A stretch of 64,000 nucleotides of DNA from Deltaproteobacteria bacterium (GCA_034670305.1 JAXMNT010000019.1:1-64000); one strand, 5' to 3'. Shown: positions 48,951-58,625, numbered from the stretch's first letter. Program-made: numbers and translations. Notes: a model not told the origin generated them from the letters alone.

Positions 48951-51068
48951 GTGCGGTCTTTCGCGCTGCTCGCGCTCGCGCTCCTCGCGACTGGCGTCGC
49001 GCACGCGCAGCCGGCCGAAGCCGAGGCTCCGCTCGGCATCGAATGCGCACCGATCCAGATCGCTGGTGAGTCGTTCGAGGTCACCCTCACCGGACTGAAC
49101 GCAGGCGACCGCTGGACCCTCCGAGCCGGCGACGAATCCATGGAGGGCGTCGCGCTCGATGCTTCGACCAAGACGAACGTCGCCATCGAGAGCGGCGCGT
49201 ACCCATTCGAACTTCGGGTCCACGACGACCTCGGCGAGCGGCACACGGAACGCAGCATTCGCGGCATCCCCGGGTGGGTCGCGCTCGTGCCACCACTGCT
49301 GGCCATCCTGCTCGCGCTCCTCTTGCGGCAGGTCGTCCTCGCGCTCGCGCTCGGGGTGTTCGCCGGTGCGTTCGTGGTCGCGGGGTTCAACCCGTTGACC
49401 GGCGCGCTCCGCACTCTCGACCAGTACGCCGTCGGCGCAGCCGCGGATGCCGACCACGCGTCGATCCTCGTCTTCAGCTTGCTGCTCGGCGGCATGATCG
49501 GGCTCATCACCCGATCCGGTGGCGGCCGCGGACTCGCCGCTTGGGTCACCAAACGCGCCACCGATCCTCGACGGGGCCAGCTCGCGGCTTGGGGTCTCGG
49601 CATCGTCATCTTCTTCGACGACTACGCGAACTCGCTGCTCGTCGGCTCGTCGATGCGCCCCATCACCGACCGACTTCGGGTCAGCCGAGAGAAGCTCGCG
49701 TTTCTGGTCGACGCCACCGCGGCGCCGGTCGCATCCATCGCCCTGGTCTCCTCCTGGATCGGTGTCGAGGTCGGCTACATCGGAGAGCAGTTCGCCGAAC
49801 GCGGCATCGAGATGGACCCGTACATGGCGTTCCTCGAGACCCTGCCCTACCGGTTCTACCCGTGGCTGATGTTGCTCTTCGGGTTGATGCTGGTCTGGTC
49901 CCGCCGGGACTTCGGACCGATGCGCCGCGCCGAGGTCCGGGCGCGCACCACGGGCAAGTTGATCGCCGACGGTGCGACGCCTGCGTCTGAGTTCGAAGAC
50001 GACGTCACGCTCACCGCCCAACCCGTGGCCTCCAACGCGCTCGTGCCCATCGCGGTGGTCATGCTCGCGGCGACCGCCGGAATGGTCGCCACCGGCCACG
50101 CCGCGTGTCTGGAGGAGGGCATCGAACCGACCGCACGCGCGATCTTTGGCAACGCCAACTCGCTCAATGCACTCCTCTGGGCCAGCGCGGCCGGAGGCAT
50201 CGCGGCTCTGGCCATGGCGATGAAGAGTGGCGCGCTCACACTCAGCAGCGGGCTCGAAGCGTGGCTCACCGGCATGCGCGCGATGTTGCTCGCGTGCGTG
50301 ATCCTCGTGCTCGCGTGGTCGCTCGGCGCGATCTGCAAGGAGCTGCACACCGCCGACGTCGTCGTGGCGTTCATCGGCGACGGCCTGCCGCCCGCGCTCT
50401 TGCCCGCGGTGGTGTTCCTGGTGGCTGCGCTGGTCAGTTTTGCGACCGGCACCTCGTGGGGAACGATGGCGATCCTCTTCCCGCTGGTGGTGCCGCTTGC
50501 GGACGAACTGACGCAGAGCGCGGGCGGGGGGCACGACATGAACATCGTGCTCGGTTCGATCAGCTCCATTCTCGCCGGCTCGGTCTGGGGCGATCACTGC
50601 TCGCCGATCTCGGACACCACGATCATGAGTTCGATGGCGAGCAGCTGCGACCACGTGGACCACGTGCGCACGCAGCTGCCCTACGCGCTGACGGTCGGCA
50701 TCGTCAGCCTGGTGGTGGGCGAAGTCGGCGTCGGGCTCGGGCTCTACCCGGCGTGGGTCGGGCTGCTCATCGGCGGGGTGGTGCTGGCGGGTGTGATTCG
50801 GTTCGTGGGCAAGGTGGTGCCGGACGGGGACGGGGACGGGGACGGGGACGGGGAAGCGGAAGCGGGAGCGGTAGCGGAAGCGGACTCGGAAGCGGAAGCG
50901 GGAGCGGAAGCGGAAGCGGAAGCGGACTCGGAAGCGGAAGCGGAAGCCGATGCGGAAGCCGAAGCCGATGCCGACGCCGATGCCGATCCCGACGCCGATG
51001 CCGATGCCGATGCCGATGCCGATGCCGAGGCCGATGCCGAGGCCGATCCGGACCGTCGCGATGGGTAG
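48951..51068 (+). CDS. NhaC-family Na+/H+ antiporter with N-terminal exported domain and acidic repeat tail
   Basis: IFFDDYAN, SREKLA..VD.TAAP, FATGTSWGT, GDHCSPISDTT; start GTG 48951 or ATG 48891. Confidence 0.9.
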   Translation: MRSFALLALALLATGVAHAQPAEAEAPLGIECAPIQIAGESFEVTLTGLNAGDRWTLRAGDESMEGVALDASTKTNVAIESGAYPFELRVHDDLGERHTERSIRGIPGWVALVPPLLAILLALLLRQVVLALALGVFAGAFVVAGFNPLTGALRTLDQYAVGAAADADHASILVFSLLLGGMIGLITRSGGGRGLAAWVTKRATDPRRGQLAAWGLGIVIFFDDYANSLLVGSSMRPITDRLRVSREKLAFLVDATAAPVASIALVSSWIGVEVGYIGEQFAERGIEMDPYMAFLETLPYRFYPWLMLLFGLMLVWSRRDFGPMRRAEVRARTTGKLIADGATPASEFEDDVTLTAQPVASNALVPIAVVMLAATAGMVATGHAACLEEGIEPTARAIFGNANSLNALLWASAAGGIAALAMAMKSGALTLSSGLEAWLTGMRAMLLACVILVLAWSLGAICKELHTADVVVAFIGDGLPPALLPAVVFLVAALVSFATGTSWGTMAILFPLVVPLADELTQSAGGGHDMNIVLGSISSILAGSVWGDHCSPISDTTIMSSMASSCDHVDHVRTQLPYALTVGIVSLVVGEVGVGLGLYPAWVGLLIGGVVLAGVIRFVGKVVPDGDGDGDGDGEAEAGAVAEADSEAEAGAEAEAEADSEAEAEADAEAEADADADADPDADADADADADAEADAEADPDRRDG
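50823..51050 (+). repeat. In-frame hexamer tract (GACGGG)n(GAAGCG)n(GATGCC)n encoding a DG/EA/DA tail
   Basis: No stop between the last TM and 51068. Confidence 0.85.
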
Positions 51069-52650
51069 GCTCGCTGCGCTCGCGGACACATCGGGCAAGG
51101 GCAAGGCCGGGCTCGCGGACTCCGGCGGGCGCAACCTGGCCGTGCTCGCTGCGCTCGCCCTTCTCTTCTCCGCGTGCGGTGAGGGGCGGGCGGGGCCGGC
51201 GCATGTGGGGTGGGGCGAGGCGGAGGCGGCGTGGCGCGCGGGGCAGCTGACGGCGTACACGAAGTGGCAGTCGCTCGACCCGGACACCCCCGAAGGGCGG
51301 GAGGCGTTGGCGCTGCTCGAGCGGGCGGACGTGAGCTATCGGGCCGGGGTCGAGGCGCTCGAAAACGGGGAGGAAGGCGCGCGGGAGTCGCTGGCGGCGG
51401 GGGCCCGGATCGCGCCGATGAACCCGGCGTACTACCTGCGACTCGCGCGGGCGTGTCGAGATCAGGGCATCGTGCTTCGTTCGGCCGAGTACTATTCGAA
51501 GTACCTCGCCGCGTTCCCGAGCGGGGAGGAGTCGGACCGCGCCCGGGCGGAGCTGCAGGATCTCGACCCGCAGATGGCTGGCATCTTCGATCCGCCCGAA
51601 GGCGATCCCGCCACCGCAGCCGCGCCACCCGAAGCCGACGACGGACCTTGGCTCGCCGCGCTCGGCGGCGTGCTGGTCGGCCTGATGCTCGCACTCACCG
51701 GCGCCGCGCTGAGCCGATGGCTCTCGGGACGCGGGGTGTCGCTACAGCGCCTGGTCGAACGAAGCCCGGAGTTTCATCCCTCGGTCGCGTACCTGATCGG
51801 GTCGCTCCGCCACGAACTGCTCAAACACCGCATCGGCGCCGCGAAGGATGCGCTGGCGTCCGATGCCCTCGACGACGAACAGCTCGAGTTTCTTCGTGGC
51901 CGACTCTTCGGCGGGCAGCCGCTCGAGCAAGCGTGGGAAGGACACCTCGTCGGGTTCGAACGCGCGCTCGGTTCGCGGATCGATCTTCGGAGAGACACGT
52001 CGTTCCGGAAAGCCGGGCGCGCGATCCGGACCATCGCCACGCTCGAGCCCGGCCTGTCGGGGAGCGGTGCCGCCCGAGCGCGCGCGGTTCGAAAACTCGG
52101 CAAGGCCCACGACACCCTCATCGCGTTCGACGCGAAGTTGTCGTCGTTGGTCGGGGGACTGGTGCGCGCTTCGGTCGACGAGGAGCTGTTGCGGGAGGTC
52201 GTCGATGCGGTGCGGGGCGAACACAGCGCGAGCCGGGTCGACCTCGACGAGCTCGTGGTGGTCGGCCCGGACGAACCGATCGTGCTCGAAGTGTTCCGCG
52301 TCGATCTCGTGCTCGTGCTCAAGAACATCGTGCGCAACGCCATCCTCGCCGTCGGCCGCGACGGCCCTCCGCGACGCCTGCGCCTGGACGTGGACATCGA
52401 CCTCGAACCCACCGGAGACGAGACGGTGCGGATCCGAGTGCTGGACTCCAGCTCCGAGACGCTCGACCCCTCGGTGATCTTCGACCGGCGCATCGACCGC
52501 GGGCTCGGGCTGGTCGCGGCGGCGGTGCATCGCTACGGCGGCGCGATCGACGTGGAAGCGGTGGACGATCCCGGCTATCGCAAGGCGGTGGTGATCTCGT
52601 TCTTTCGCATGGACGCGGACCTGCGCGCCTCGCTGGTGCCGGGCGCATGA
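51061..52650 (+). CDS. TPR-sensor, TM, histidine-kinase-like protein
   Basis: FSAC lipobox-like; TPR-like region; one TM; SLRHELLKH (H-box-like), KNIVRNA (N-box), IRVLDSS, RGLGL. Confidence 0.7.
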   Translation: MGRLAALADTSGKGKAGLADSGGRNLAVLAALALLFSACGEGRAGPAHVGWGEAEAAWRAGQLTAYTKWQSLDPDTPEGREALALLERADVSYRAGVEALENGEEGARESLAAGARIAPMNPAYYLRLARACRDQGIVLRSAEYYSKYLAAFPSGEESDRARAELQDLDPQMAGIFDPPEGDPATAAAPPEADDGPWLAALGGVLVGLMLALTGAALSRWLSGRGVSLQRLVERSPEFHPSVAYLIGSLRHELLKHRIGAAKDALASDALDDEQLEFLRGRLFGGQPLEQAWEGHLVGFERALGSRIDLRRDTSFRKAGRAIRTIATLEPGLSGSGAARARAVRKLGKAHDTLIAFDAKLSSLVGGLVRASVDEELLREVVDAVRGEHSASRVDLDELVVVGPDEPIVLEVFRVDLVLVLKNIVRNAILAVGRDGPPRRLRLDVDIDLEPTGDETVRIRVLDSSSETLDPSVIFDRRIDRGLGLVAAAVHRYGGAIDVEAVDDPGYRKAVVISFFRMDADLRASLVPGA

Positions 52651-53744
52651 AGCTCGATCTCGCGTGGCGGTTCCCCGCACTGGAAGGCGCCTGGTTCGAG
52701 ATCGCGCACCTGCGCGAGACGCCCGCGGGCACGATCGGCGTCGCGTTCGATCCGAGGACCGGCGCCACGGTCGCATTCGATGTCGAGGCGGGTGCGGTGC
52801 GCTGGAGTGAACCGGCGCGCACCGACGCGCAGCGCTTTCGCTCCCTCGCCGCCGGACCGACCACGGTCCTGCGCAGCTGCGCGCTCGACGACGGCACGTG
52901 GCAACTCGAGTCGCGCGATCTCGCAACCGGCGAGATCACTTGGTCCACCGAGGTGGAAGCGCGCCGCATCGGTCGCCTCTTCGCCAACCAAGTCTCCTTC
53001 TTTGCGATGACCGCGCAGAACGGTCGATTCGTCCTGCTCCCGATCGCGCAGTCCGACGGCACGGTGGCCAAGAGCCGGCTGCTCGACCGGGGGCGCGGCA
53101 TGGTCGGCCCCGACGGCACGCGCGCGTGGACCCGCGACCGCATGGGCGTGACCGAAGTCGAGATCGCGAGTGGCCAGCGCTGGCCGATCCGGCTCGGGCG
53201 GGGCGGCGTGATGGCCGCGGGCCCGAAGTGTCTCGTCACGACCCTCGGGCCAGGTCGCGCCGCGTTCGTGACCGGAGGCGAACTGCGTTGGTCGTACGAG
53301 GTGCCGCCCCGGGATCTCACAGACCTCGCCCAACAAGACGGCGTCGAGTTGGAGGCGGGCGAGCGCGACGTGTGGCCGCCCGCGGTGGGCCGCGGCGTGG
53401 TCGATGCGTCGCCCGATCTCTCGGGCAACGTCTATCTGCCGGACCTCAACGGTTCGTTGCACGCCCTGCGGCTCTCCGACGGTGCGCCGCTCTGGAGTGC
53501 GCAGTCGGGCCACTACCCAAGCTCGCGAACGCTCGCGGTGCCCGCGCTGCTTCAACATGCGAAGCGCGCCTACGTGGCTTGGCCCGCGAGCGACGAGTGC
53601 GTCTATCTCGTCGATGCCGAGACCGGCCAGACCGCCGCGACGTTCGAACTCGAGCGCCCGTTCGAAGCGGTGGCGTCCGCGTCGTCCGAACCCGGATTCG
53701 TGGTGCTGCCCAATGTGGGCGGGCTGCGCGTCGAGAGTGCGTAA
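52647..53744 (+). CDS. PQQ/BamB-like beta-propeller repeat protein
   Basis: AFDVEAGAVRW, DLATGEITW, ALRLSDGAPLW, LVDAETG; ATGA overlap. Confidence 0.75.
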   Translation: MKLDLAWRFPALEGAWFEIAHLRETPAGTIGVAFDPRTGATVAFDVEAGAVRWSEPARTDAQRFRSLAAGPTTVLRSCALDDGTWQLESRDLATGEITWSTEVEARRIGRLFANQVSFFAMTAQNGRFVLLPIAQSDGTVAKSRLLDRGRGMVGPDGTRAWTRDRMGVTEVEIASGQRWPIRLGRGGVMAAGPKCLVTTLGPGRAAFVTGGELRWSYEVPPRDLTDLAQQDGVELEAGERDVWPPAVGRGVVDASPDLSGNVYLPDLNGSLHALRLSDGAPLWSAQSGHYPSSRTLAVPALLQHAKRAYVAWPASDECVYLVDAETGQTAATFELERPFEAVASASSEPGFVVLPNVGGLRVESA

Positions 53745-53757
53745 GAAGGAGCACAAC

Positions 53758-54231
53758 ATGCCAGTTCAGTTCGTCCGAGGAGATCTCTTTGCCCAGCGTG
53801 GCCTCGATGGCCTCGCGCACGCGTGCAACTGCGCCGGCGCGATGGGCAAGGGCGTCGCGGTGCAGTTCAAGTCCCGGTTCCCGAAGATGTACAAGGAGTA
53901 CAAAGCGCGCTGCAGCGACGGGCGCTTCGGGCTCGGCGACGTCTTCGCGTGGTCCGCGGACGGGGTCACCGTCTACAACCTCGGCAACCAGAAGACGTGG
54001 CGGGGAAAAGCAGACTTCGACGCCACAGTCACCTCGCTTCAGGCGATGGTCGAACACGCGGACGCGCACGGCGTGCGTCGCATCGGCATGCCGCAGATCG
54101 GCGCGGGCCTCGGCGGCCTCTCGTGGTCCGACATCAAACGCACCCTCGAACAGCTCGGCGCCAAGAGCCAAGTCGACCTCATCGTCTTCGAACGCTTCGC
54201 CGCCGGCGTCGAACCCCTCCAGCTCGTGTAG
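53758..54231 (+). CDS. Macro domain protein (TARG1/Poa1/DarG-like ADP-ribose hydrolase)
   Basis: [44 protein letters not shown]. Confidence 0.88.
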   Translation: MPVQFVRGDLFAQRGLDGLAHACNCAGAMGKGVAVQFKSRFPKMYKEYKARCSDGRFGLGDVFAWSADGVTVYNLGNQKTWRGKADFDATVTSLQAMVEHADAHGVRRIGMPQIGAGLGGLSWSDIKRTLEQLGAKSQVDLIVFERFAAGVEPLQLV

Positions 54232-54240
54232 GTCGTCCAC

Positions 54241-54510
54241 TCGGCTTCGACGTCGGCGTGGGATTCGGCGTCGGTTCGGATTCGGGTTCGGCGTCGGCGT
54301 CGGCTTCGGCGTCGGCTTCGGCGTCGGCATCGGCGTCGGGCTTCGGCGTCGGCTTCGGCTTCGGGTTCGGCTTCGGATTCGGCTTCGGATTCGGATTCGG
54401 CGTCGGCATCGGCTTCGGGTTCGGCTTCGGCGTCGGATTCAGTTTCGGCTTCGGCTTCGGCTTCGGCGTCGGCGTCGGCGTCGGCTGAGACGTCGGCTTC
54501 GGCGTCGGAC
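54241..54510. repeat. Intergenic hexamer tract (GGNNTC)n
   Basis: About 40 units. Confidence 0.9.
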
Positions 54511-54517
54511 TGCGTCC

Positions 54518-54697
54518 GCGACAGACTCAGCGACAGCCTCAGCGACAGCCTCAGCGACAGCCTCAGCGACAGACTCAGCGACAGCCTCAGCGACAGCCTC
54601 AACGACAGACGCAGCGACAGACTCAGCGACAGACGCAGCGACAGACTCAGCGACAGACTCAGCGACAGACTCAGCGACAGACGCAGCAACAGACGCA
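54518..54697. repeat. 12-bp tandem repeat GCGACAG(A/C)C(T/G)CA x15
   Basis: 15 contiguous units with no spacers. Confidence 0.92.
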
Positions 54698-54816
54698 CCC
54701 ACCCACGACGCGTGTGGCAGGCCCGTTGAGATCGGGCTACCACGGGGGGGAGCCGCGCGCGTGCCCGCTTCGGCACCCGTGAGCGGGGACCGGCTCCACC
54801 TTTCGTAGGAGAAACC

Positions 54817-56742
54817 GTGTCTCGAACCGTCCTCGCGCTCGCCCTCTGCTTCTCTTGGCAGGCCGTCGCCACCGCCCAAGCCCCTGTCCTTCCGTGCACC
54901 GGCACCGAGACCCTGATCGATCCGCTGTTCGGCGACCTCGACGACGGCAGCCACGAGGTGTCGCTGACGGCGGTCTTCCCCGCTGGGCTCTCGCTCGCAG
55001 GCGACGAGTACGACGAGATGTTCATCAACACGAACGGCAACGTGACCTTTGGCGACCCGTTCACCGGCTTCACCCCGAACGCGTTCCCCGGCCTCGACCA
55101 ACCGACGATCGCGCCGTTCTTCGCGGATGTGGACCTCCGGGCCCGCGGAGGCACCGCCAACCCAGGCGACGTGCTCTATTGCGTCGAGCCTGCCAACAAC
55201 CGCGTCATGGTGACGTGGCACGAAACGGTGCACTTCCGAGCGACCTCGCCCACCACCTCGTTCTCGCGGGTCAACACCTTCCAGATGGTTCTCACGGCGT
55301 CCACGGTCTGCGGCGTCGACGGGGCGGAGCTGCAGTTCCGGTACGAAGCGCTCGTCTGGCATGCCGGCACCGCGAGTGGCGCTGGCCCCAACGGGATCTG
55401 CCCTCCGACGACGGTCGGCACCACCTGCTTCCCGGCGGTCGCCGGCGTCGACTACGGCGACACCCTCACCGCCGTGCAGCTTCCTGGATCGCTCACGAGC
55501 GAAGTCACGACCAGGCTCCTGACCGACAGCAACGTCGGCACACCGGGCGTGTGGGAAGTGCCGCTCGACCCCGATGCCATTCCGAACTGCGGCGACGGCA
55601 CCGTCGATGGCAGCTGCGAGGACTGCGACGACGCCGGGGAGTCGGCGACGTGCGACATCGATTGCACCGACGCCGAGTGCGGCGACGGGGTGCTCAACAC
55701 GACGAGTGGCGAAGACTGCGACGAAGCAGGCGAGACGGCCGACTGCGACCGGGACTGCACCCCGGTGCGGTGCGGCGATGGGCTCATGAACGCGGCGGCG
55801 GGCGAGACCTGCGACGACCGCAACAACGTCGACGGAGACGGCTGCTCCGCACTCTGCGAAGCGGAGATCTGCGGCGACGGAGCGGTGGTCGGCGGAGAGA
55901 TCTGCGACGAGGGACGAGAGACCCGCCGTTGCGACGACGACTGCACACTCGTCGAATGCGGGGACGCCAACGTCAACGAGCGGGCCGGCGAGACCTGCGA
56001 CGATGGCCGGGAGACCGCCACGTGCGACGCCGACTGCACCGCACCCGAGTGCGGCGACGGAGACCTCAACACGCTCGCGGGCGAACTCTGCGACGACAGC
56101 AACACAGACGACGGGGACGGGTGCTCGGCGGAGTGCACGGTCGAGGGCTGCGGCAACGGACGCGTGGACGCGCGGGAAGACTGCGACGACTCCGGCGAGA
56201 GCGCGACCTGCGACCTCGACTGCACGAGCGCCGTCTGCGGAGACGGACTGCGCAACCTGACCGCGGGCGAAGCGTGCGACGACTCCGGCGAGTCGGCGGA
56301 ATGCAACGCCGACTGCTCCAGCGCCCGATGCGGCGACGGAATCCGCAACGAGACGGCCGGCGAGGACTGCGACGATGCCGGAGAGAGCGCGACGTGCGAT
56401 CTCGACTGCACCGAGGCGCGGTGCGGCGACGACACGCTCAACGGCGTGGCGGGCGAGACGTGCGACGACGGCAACACCACGGACGGCGACGGCTGCGACG
56501 CGCGGTGCCGCGTCGAACCGGATGCCGACGCCGGGGTGGATGCGGGCGTGGACGGCGGTGTGGACGCGGGCGTGGATGGCGGCGTGGATGCCGCGGTGCC
56601 CCCCGACGGCGGCATGGACGCCGCACCGGAGGCTCCGGGCTACGCGGGCGGAGGATGTTCGACTGGGTCGAGCGGCGGCGCACCGCTGATGTGGTTCGGT
56701 CTGCTGCTGCTTCTGTGCCGCGTACGCCGCGGTGTTGTCTGA
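54817..56742 (+). CDS. Surface protein: nidogen(NIDO)-like domain + myxobacterial Cys-rich (DUF4215-type) repeats + MYXO-CTERM-like sorting signal
   Basis: FINTNG.VTF, IAPFFADVD, NTFQ.VL; repeats CGDG....GE.CDD; GGGCS...LLLLLCRVRR. Confidence 0.85.
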   Translation: MSRTVLALALCFSWQAVATAQAPVLPCTGTETLIDPLFGDLDDGSHEVSLTAVFPAGLSLAGDEYDEMFINTNGNVTFGDPFTGFTPNAFPGLDQPTIAPFFADVDLRARGGTANPGDVLYCVEPANNRVMVTWHETVHFRATSPTTSFSRVNTFQMVLTASTVCGVDGAELQFRYEALVWHAGTASGAGPNGICPPTTVGTTCFPAVAGVDYGDTLTAVQLPGSLTSEVTTRLLTDSNVGTPGVWEVPLDPDAIPNCGDGTVDGSCEDCDDAGESATCDIDCTDAECGDGVLNTTSGEDCDEAGETADCDRDCTPVRCGDGLMNAAAGETCDDRNNVDGDGCSALCEAEICGDGAVVGGEICDEGRETRRCDDDCTLVECGDANVNERAGETCDDGRETATCDADCTAPECGDGDLNTLAGELCDDSNTDDGDGCSAECTVEGCGNGRVDAREDCDDSGESATCDLDCTSAVCGDGLRNLTAGEACDDSGESAECNADCSSARCGDGIRNETAGEDCDDAGESATCDLDCTEARCGDDTLNGVAGETCDDGNTTDGDGCDARCRVEPDADAGVDAGVDGGVDAGVDGGVDAAVPPDGGMDAAPEAPGYAGGGCSTGSSGGAPLMWFGLLLLLCRVRRGVV

Positions 56743-56880
56743 CCGAAGCGCAGTGTTGTCCGACCGAAGCGCAGTGTCGTCCGACCGAAGCGCAGTGTCG
56801 TCCGACCGAAGCGCAGTGTCGTCTGACCCAACCGCAGTGCGGTCTGTTCAGCGCGGTGTCGTCTGACCGAACCGCAGTGT
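56732..56880. repeat. 21-bp tandem repeat GTGTYGTCYGACCGAAGCGCA, about 7 copies
   Basis: Five near-identical units, one degenerate unit and one further unit; fills the gap before the ppx-family gene. Confidence 0.9.
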
Positions 56881-56891
56881 AGGCTGCGGCC

Positions 56892-58424
56892 GTGGCACGA
56901 TTCGCCGCCATCGACGTCGGGTCGAACGCTTCGCGTTTGCTCATCGTGCAAGCCAAAGAACCCGGCCGCGTCCGCCCGTTTCGAACGATGCGGGTGCCGG
57001 TCCGGCTCGGTCATTCCGTCTTCCAGACGGGGCGGCTGGATCTGGGCACGATCGATCAATGCGTCGAAGCCATGCGCGCCTTCAAGGCAGCCATGGAAGA
57101 TGCCAACGTCGACGACTACCGCGCGGTCGTGACCGCCTCGGCACGCTCCGCCAAGAACGCCGAGGAGCTCGTGAACCGGGTGCGCGACGAAGCAGGCGTC
57201 GCCCTGAGCAGTGTGGACGGCGCCGAAGAAGCGCGCCTCGTCGCACTCGCGGTGCAAGACGTCCTGCCCCTCGAAGGGCACAGCCTCATCATGGATCTCG
57301 GGGGAGGCAGCCTCGAACTGAGTGAGCTGACCGGCGACACGCGCGGCTTCGTGGTCTCCCTGCCCATCGGCACGGTGCGTCTGCTCGAAGCGTTCTTGAC
57401 CGCTGGCGCGCCGGTCGACACCCGACAGGACCACCTGATCCGCGAATACGTCGATCGCCTGCTCGCGCCCCACCGCAAAGTGCTGCGCGACAGCCCCTGG
57501 AGCGACGTGGTCGGTTCGGGCGGCAACCTCGTCGCGCTGGCGCAGCTCTGTCCGCTCGAGGCGGCGGTGGGCGGCCTGCCCACCATCGACGTGGGCAAAG
57601 CGAGAACCCTGCGCGACGAACTCGCTGCGATGTCGGCCGCCGAACGCGCGGAGAAATACGCGCTCAAGCCGGACCGGGCCGACGTCATCGTGCCCGCGCT
57701 CTACGCGATCATCGCGGTCGCGGACCTCGCGGACGTGAACTCGATCGTGGTTCCGGGCGTGGGTCTGAAAGAGGGCATCGCAGTCGAGCTCGTCGAGAAG
57801 CACTACCGGGTCTGGAACTACGGCGAAGAGGACGACAAGGTCTTGCTCGCGGCCCTCCAGCTCGGACGGCGCTACCACTTCGACGAACGCCACGCGCTCC
57901 ACGTGACCGAGAACGCGATCAAGTTGTTCGACGCAACGACAGAGCTGCACGGGCTCGGCGGCAAGTCGCGGGCGATGCTGCAGGTCGCCGCGCTCCTCCA
58001 CGACGTGGGGGATTTCATTCACCCGCAGTCGCACCACAAACACACCCAGTACATCATCGACAACAGCGACCTGATGGGGGTCTCGCCCGAGCAGCGCCGC
58101 ATCATCGCACTCGTCGCGCGCTACCACCGGCGCGCGCACCCCGCGGTTCGACACGCCGCGTACCGCAACCTCGTCGCCAAGGATCGCGACCGGGTGAAAG
58201 CGCTCGCCGCCATCCTCCGAATCGCCGACGGCCTCGACCGCGGTCACCGACAGAAAGCCGCGCTGGTCGCGGCGCGGATCGAAGGCGGCGCGCTTGTCGT
58301 CGACGTCGCGAGTGAGACCGACCTCGCGCTCGAGACGTGGACCGTCGAGCGCAAAGCAGAGCTCCTGCGCGAGATGTACGGCTGCGATGTGCGGTTGAAC
58401 TTGGTGGCGCAGACCCCGGACTGA
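56892..58424 (+). CDS. ppx: Ppx/GppA exopolyphosphatase/pppGpp hydrolase family with HD domain
   Basis: AAIDVGSN, VRLG, G.EEARL, DLGGGSLE, RADVI, GLKEG, ALLHDVG, HHKH, LRIADGLD. Confidence 0.92.
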   Translation: MARFAAIDVGSNASRLLIVQAKEPGRVRPFRTMRVPVRLGHSVFQTGRLDLGTIDQCVEAMRAFKAAMEDANVDDYRAVVTASARSAKNAEELVNRVRDEAGVALSSVDGAEEARLVALAVQDVLPLEGHSLIMDLGGGSLELSELTGDTRGFVVSLPIGTVRLLEAFLTAGAPVDTRQDHLIREYVDRLLAPHRKVLRDSPWSDVVGSGGNLVALAQLCPLEAAVGGLPTIDVGKARTLRDELAAMSAAERAEKYALKPDRADVIVPALYAIIAVADLADVNSIVVPGVGLKEGIAVELVEKHYRVWNYGEEDDKVLLAALQLGRRYHFDERHALHVTENAIKLFDATTELHGLGGKSRAMLQVAALLHDVGDFIHPQSHHKHTQYIIDNSDLMGVSPEQRRIIALVARYHRRAHPAVRHAAYRNLVAKDRDRVKALAAILRIADGLDRGHRQKAALVAARIEGGALVVDVASETDLALETWTVERKAELLREMYGCDVRLNLVAQTPD

Positions 58425-58625
58425 ACACCCTCTGGTTGCGCGCATTCGCTGCGGCATTCACCGAAGAATCACTCTATTTTTTAGGCGTGAACGACTGTCG
58501 CACCCGCTGTGAGCGCCGGTTCACACCCGGAGTGCAGAAACCCCGCGAGCACCGGCCACGGAGCCGGAGGCGAAGCGCCCTGCAAAGACCACCAATGATG
58601 CCGGTGTGCTTCGGAGAACGAAGTC

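Noticed and set aside
46989-51287. 1432-aa minus-strand ORF
   Set aside because: Only the last roughly 526 aa (flippase) look coding; the rest is antisense to NhaC and repeat tracts, which lack stops at this GC content.
52647-54231. DarTG toxin-antitoxin or defence island
   Set aside because: The upstream gene is a beta-propeller, not an ADP-ribosyltransferase, and the macrodomain lacks the DarG C-terminal region.
54518-54697. CRISPR or iteron origin
   Set aside because: 12-bp units without spacers; no rep gene or AT-rich unwinding region nearby.
56732-56880. CRISPR array
   Set aside because: Repeats are contiguous with no unique spacers, and there are no cas genes in the window.
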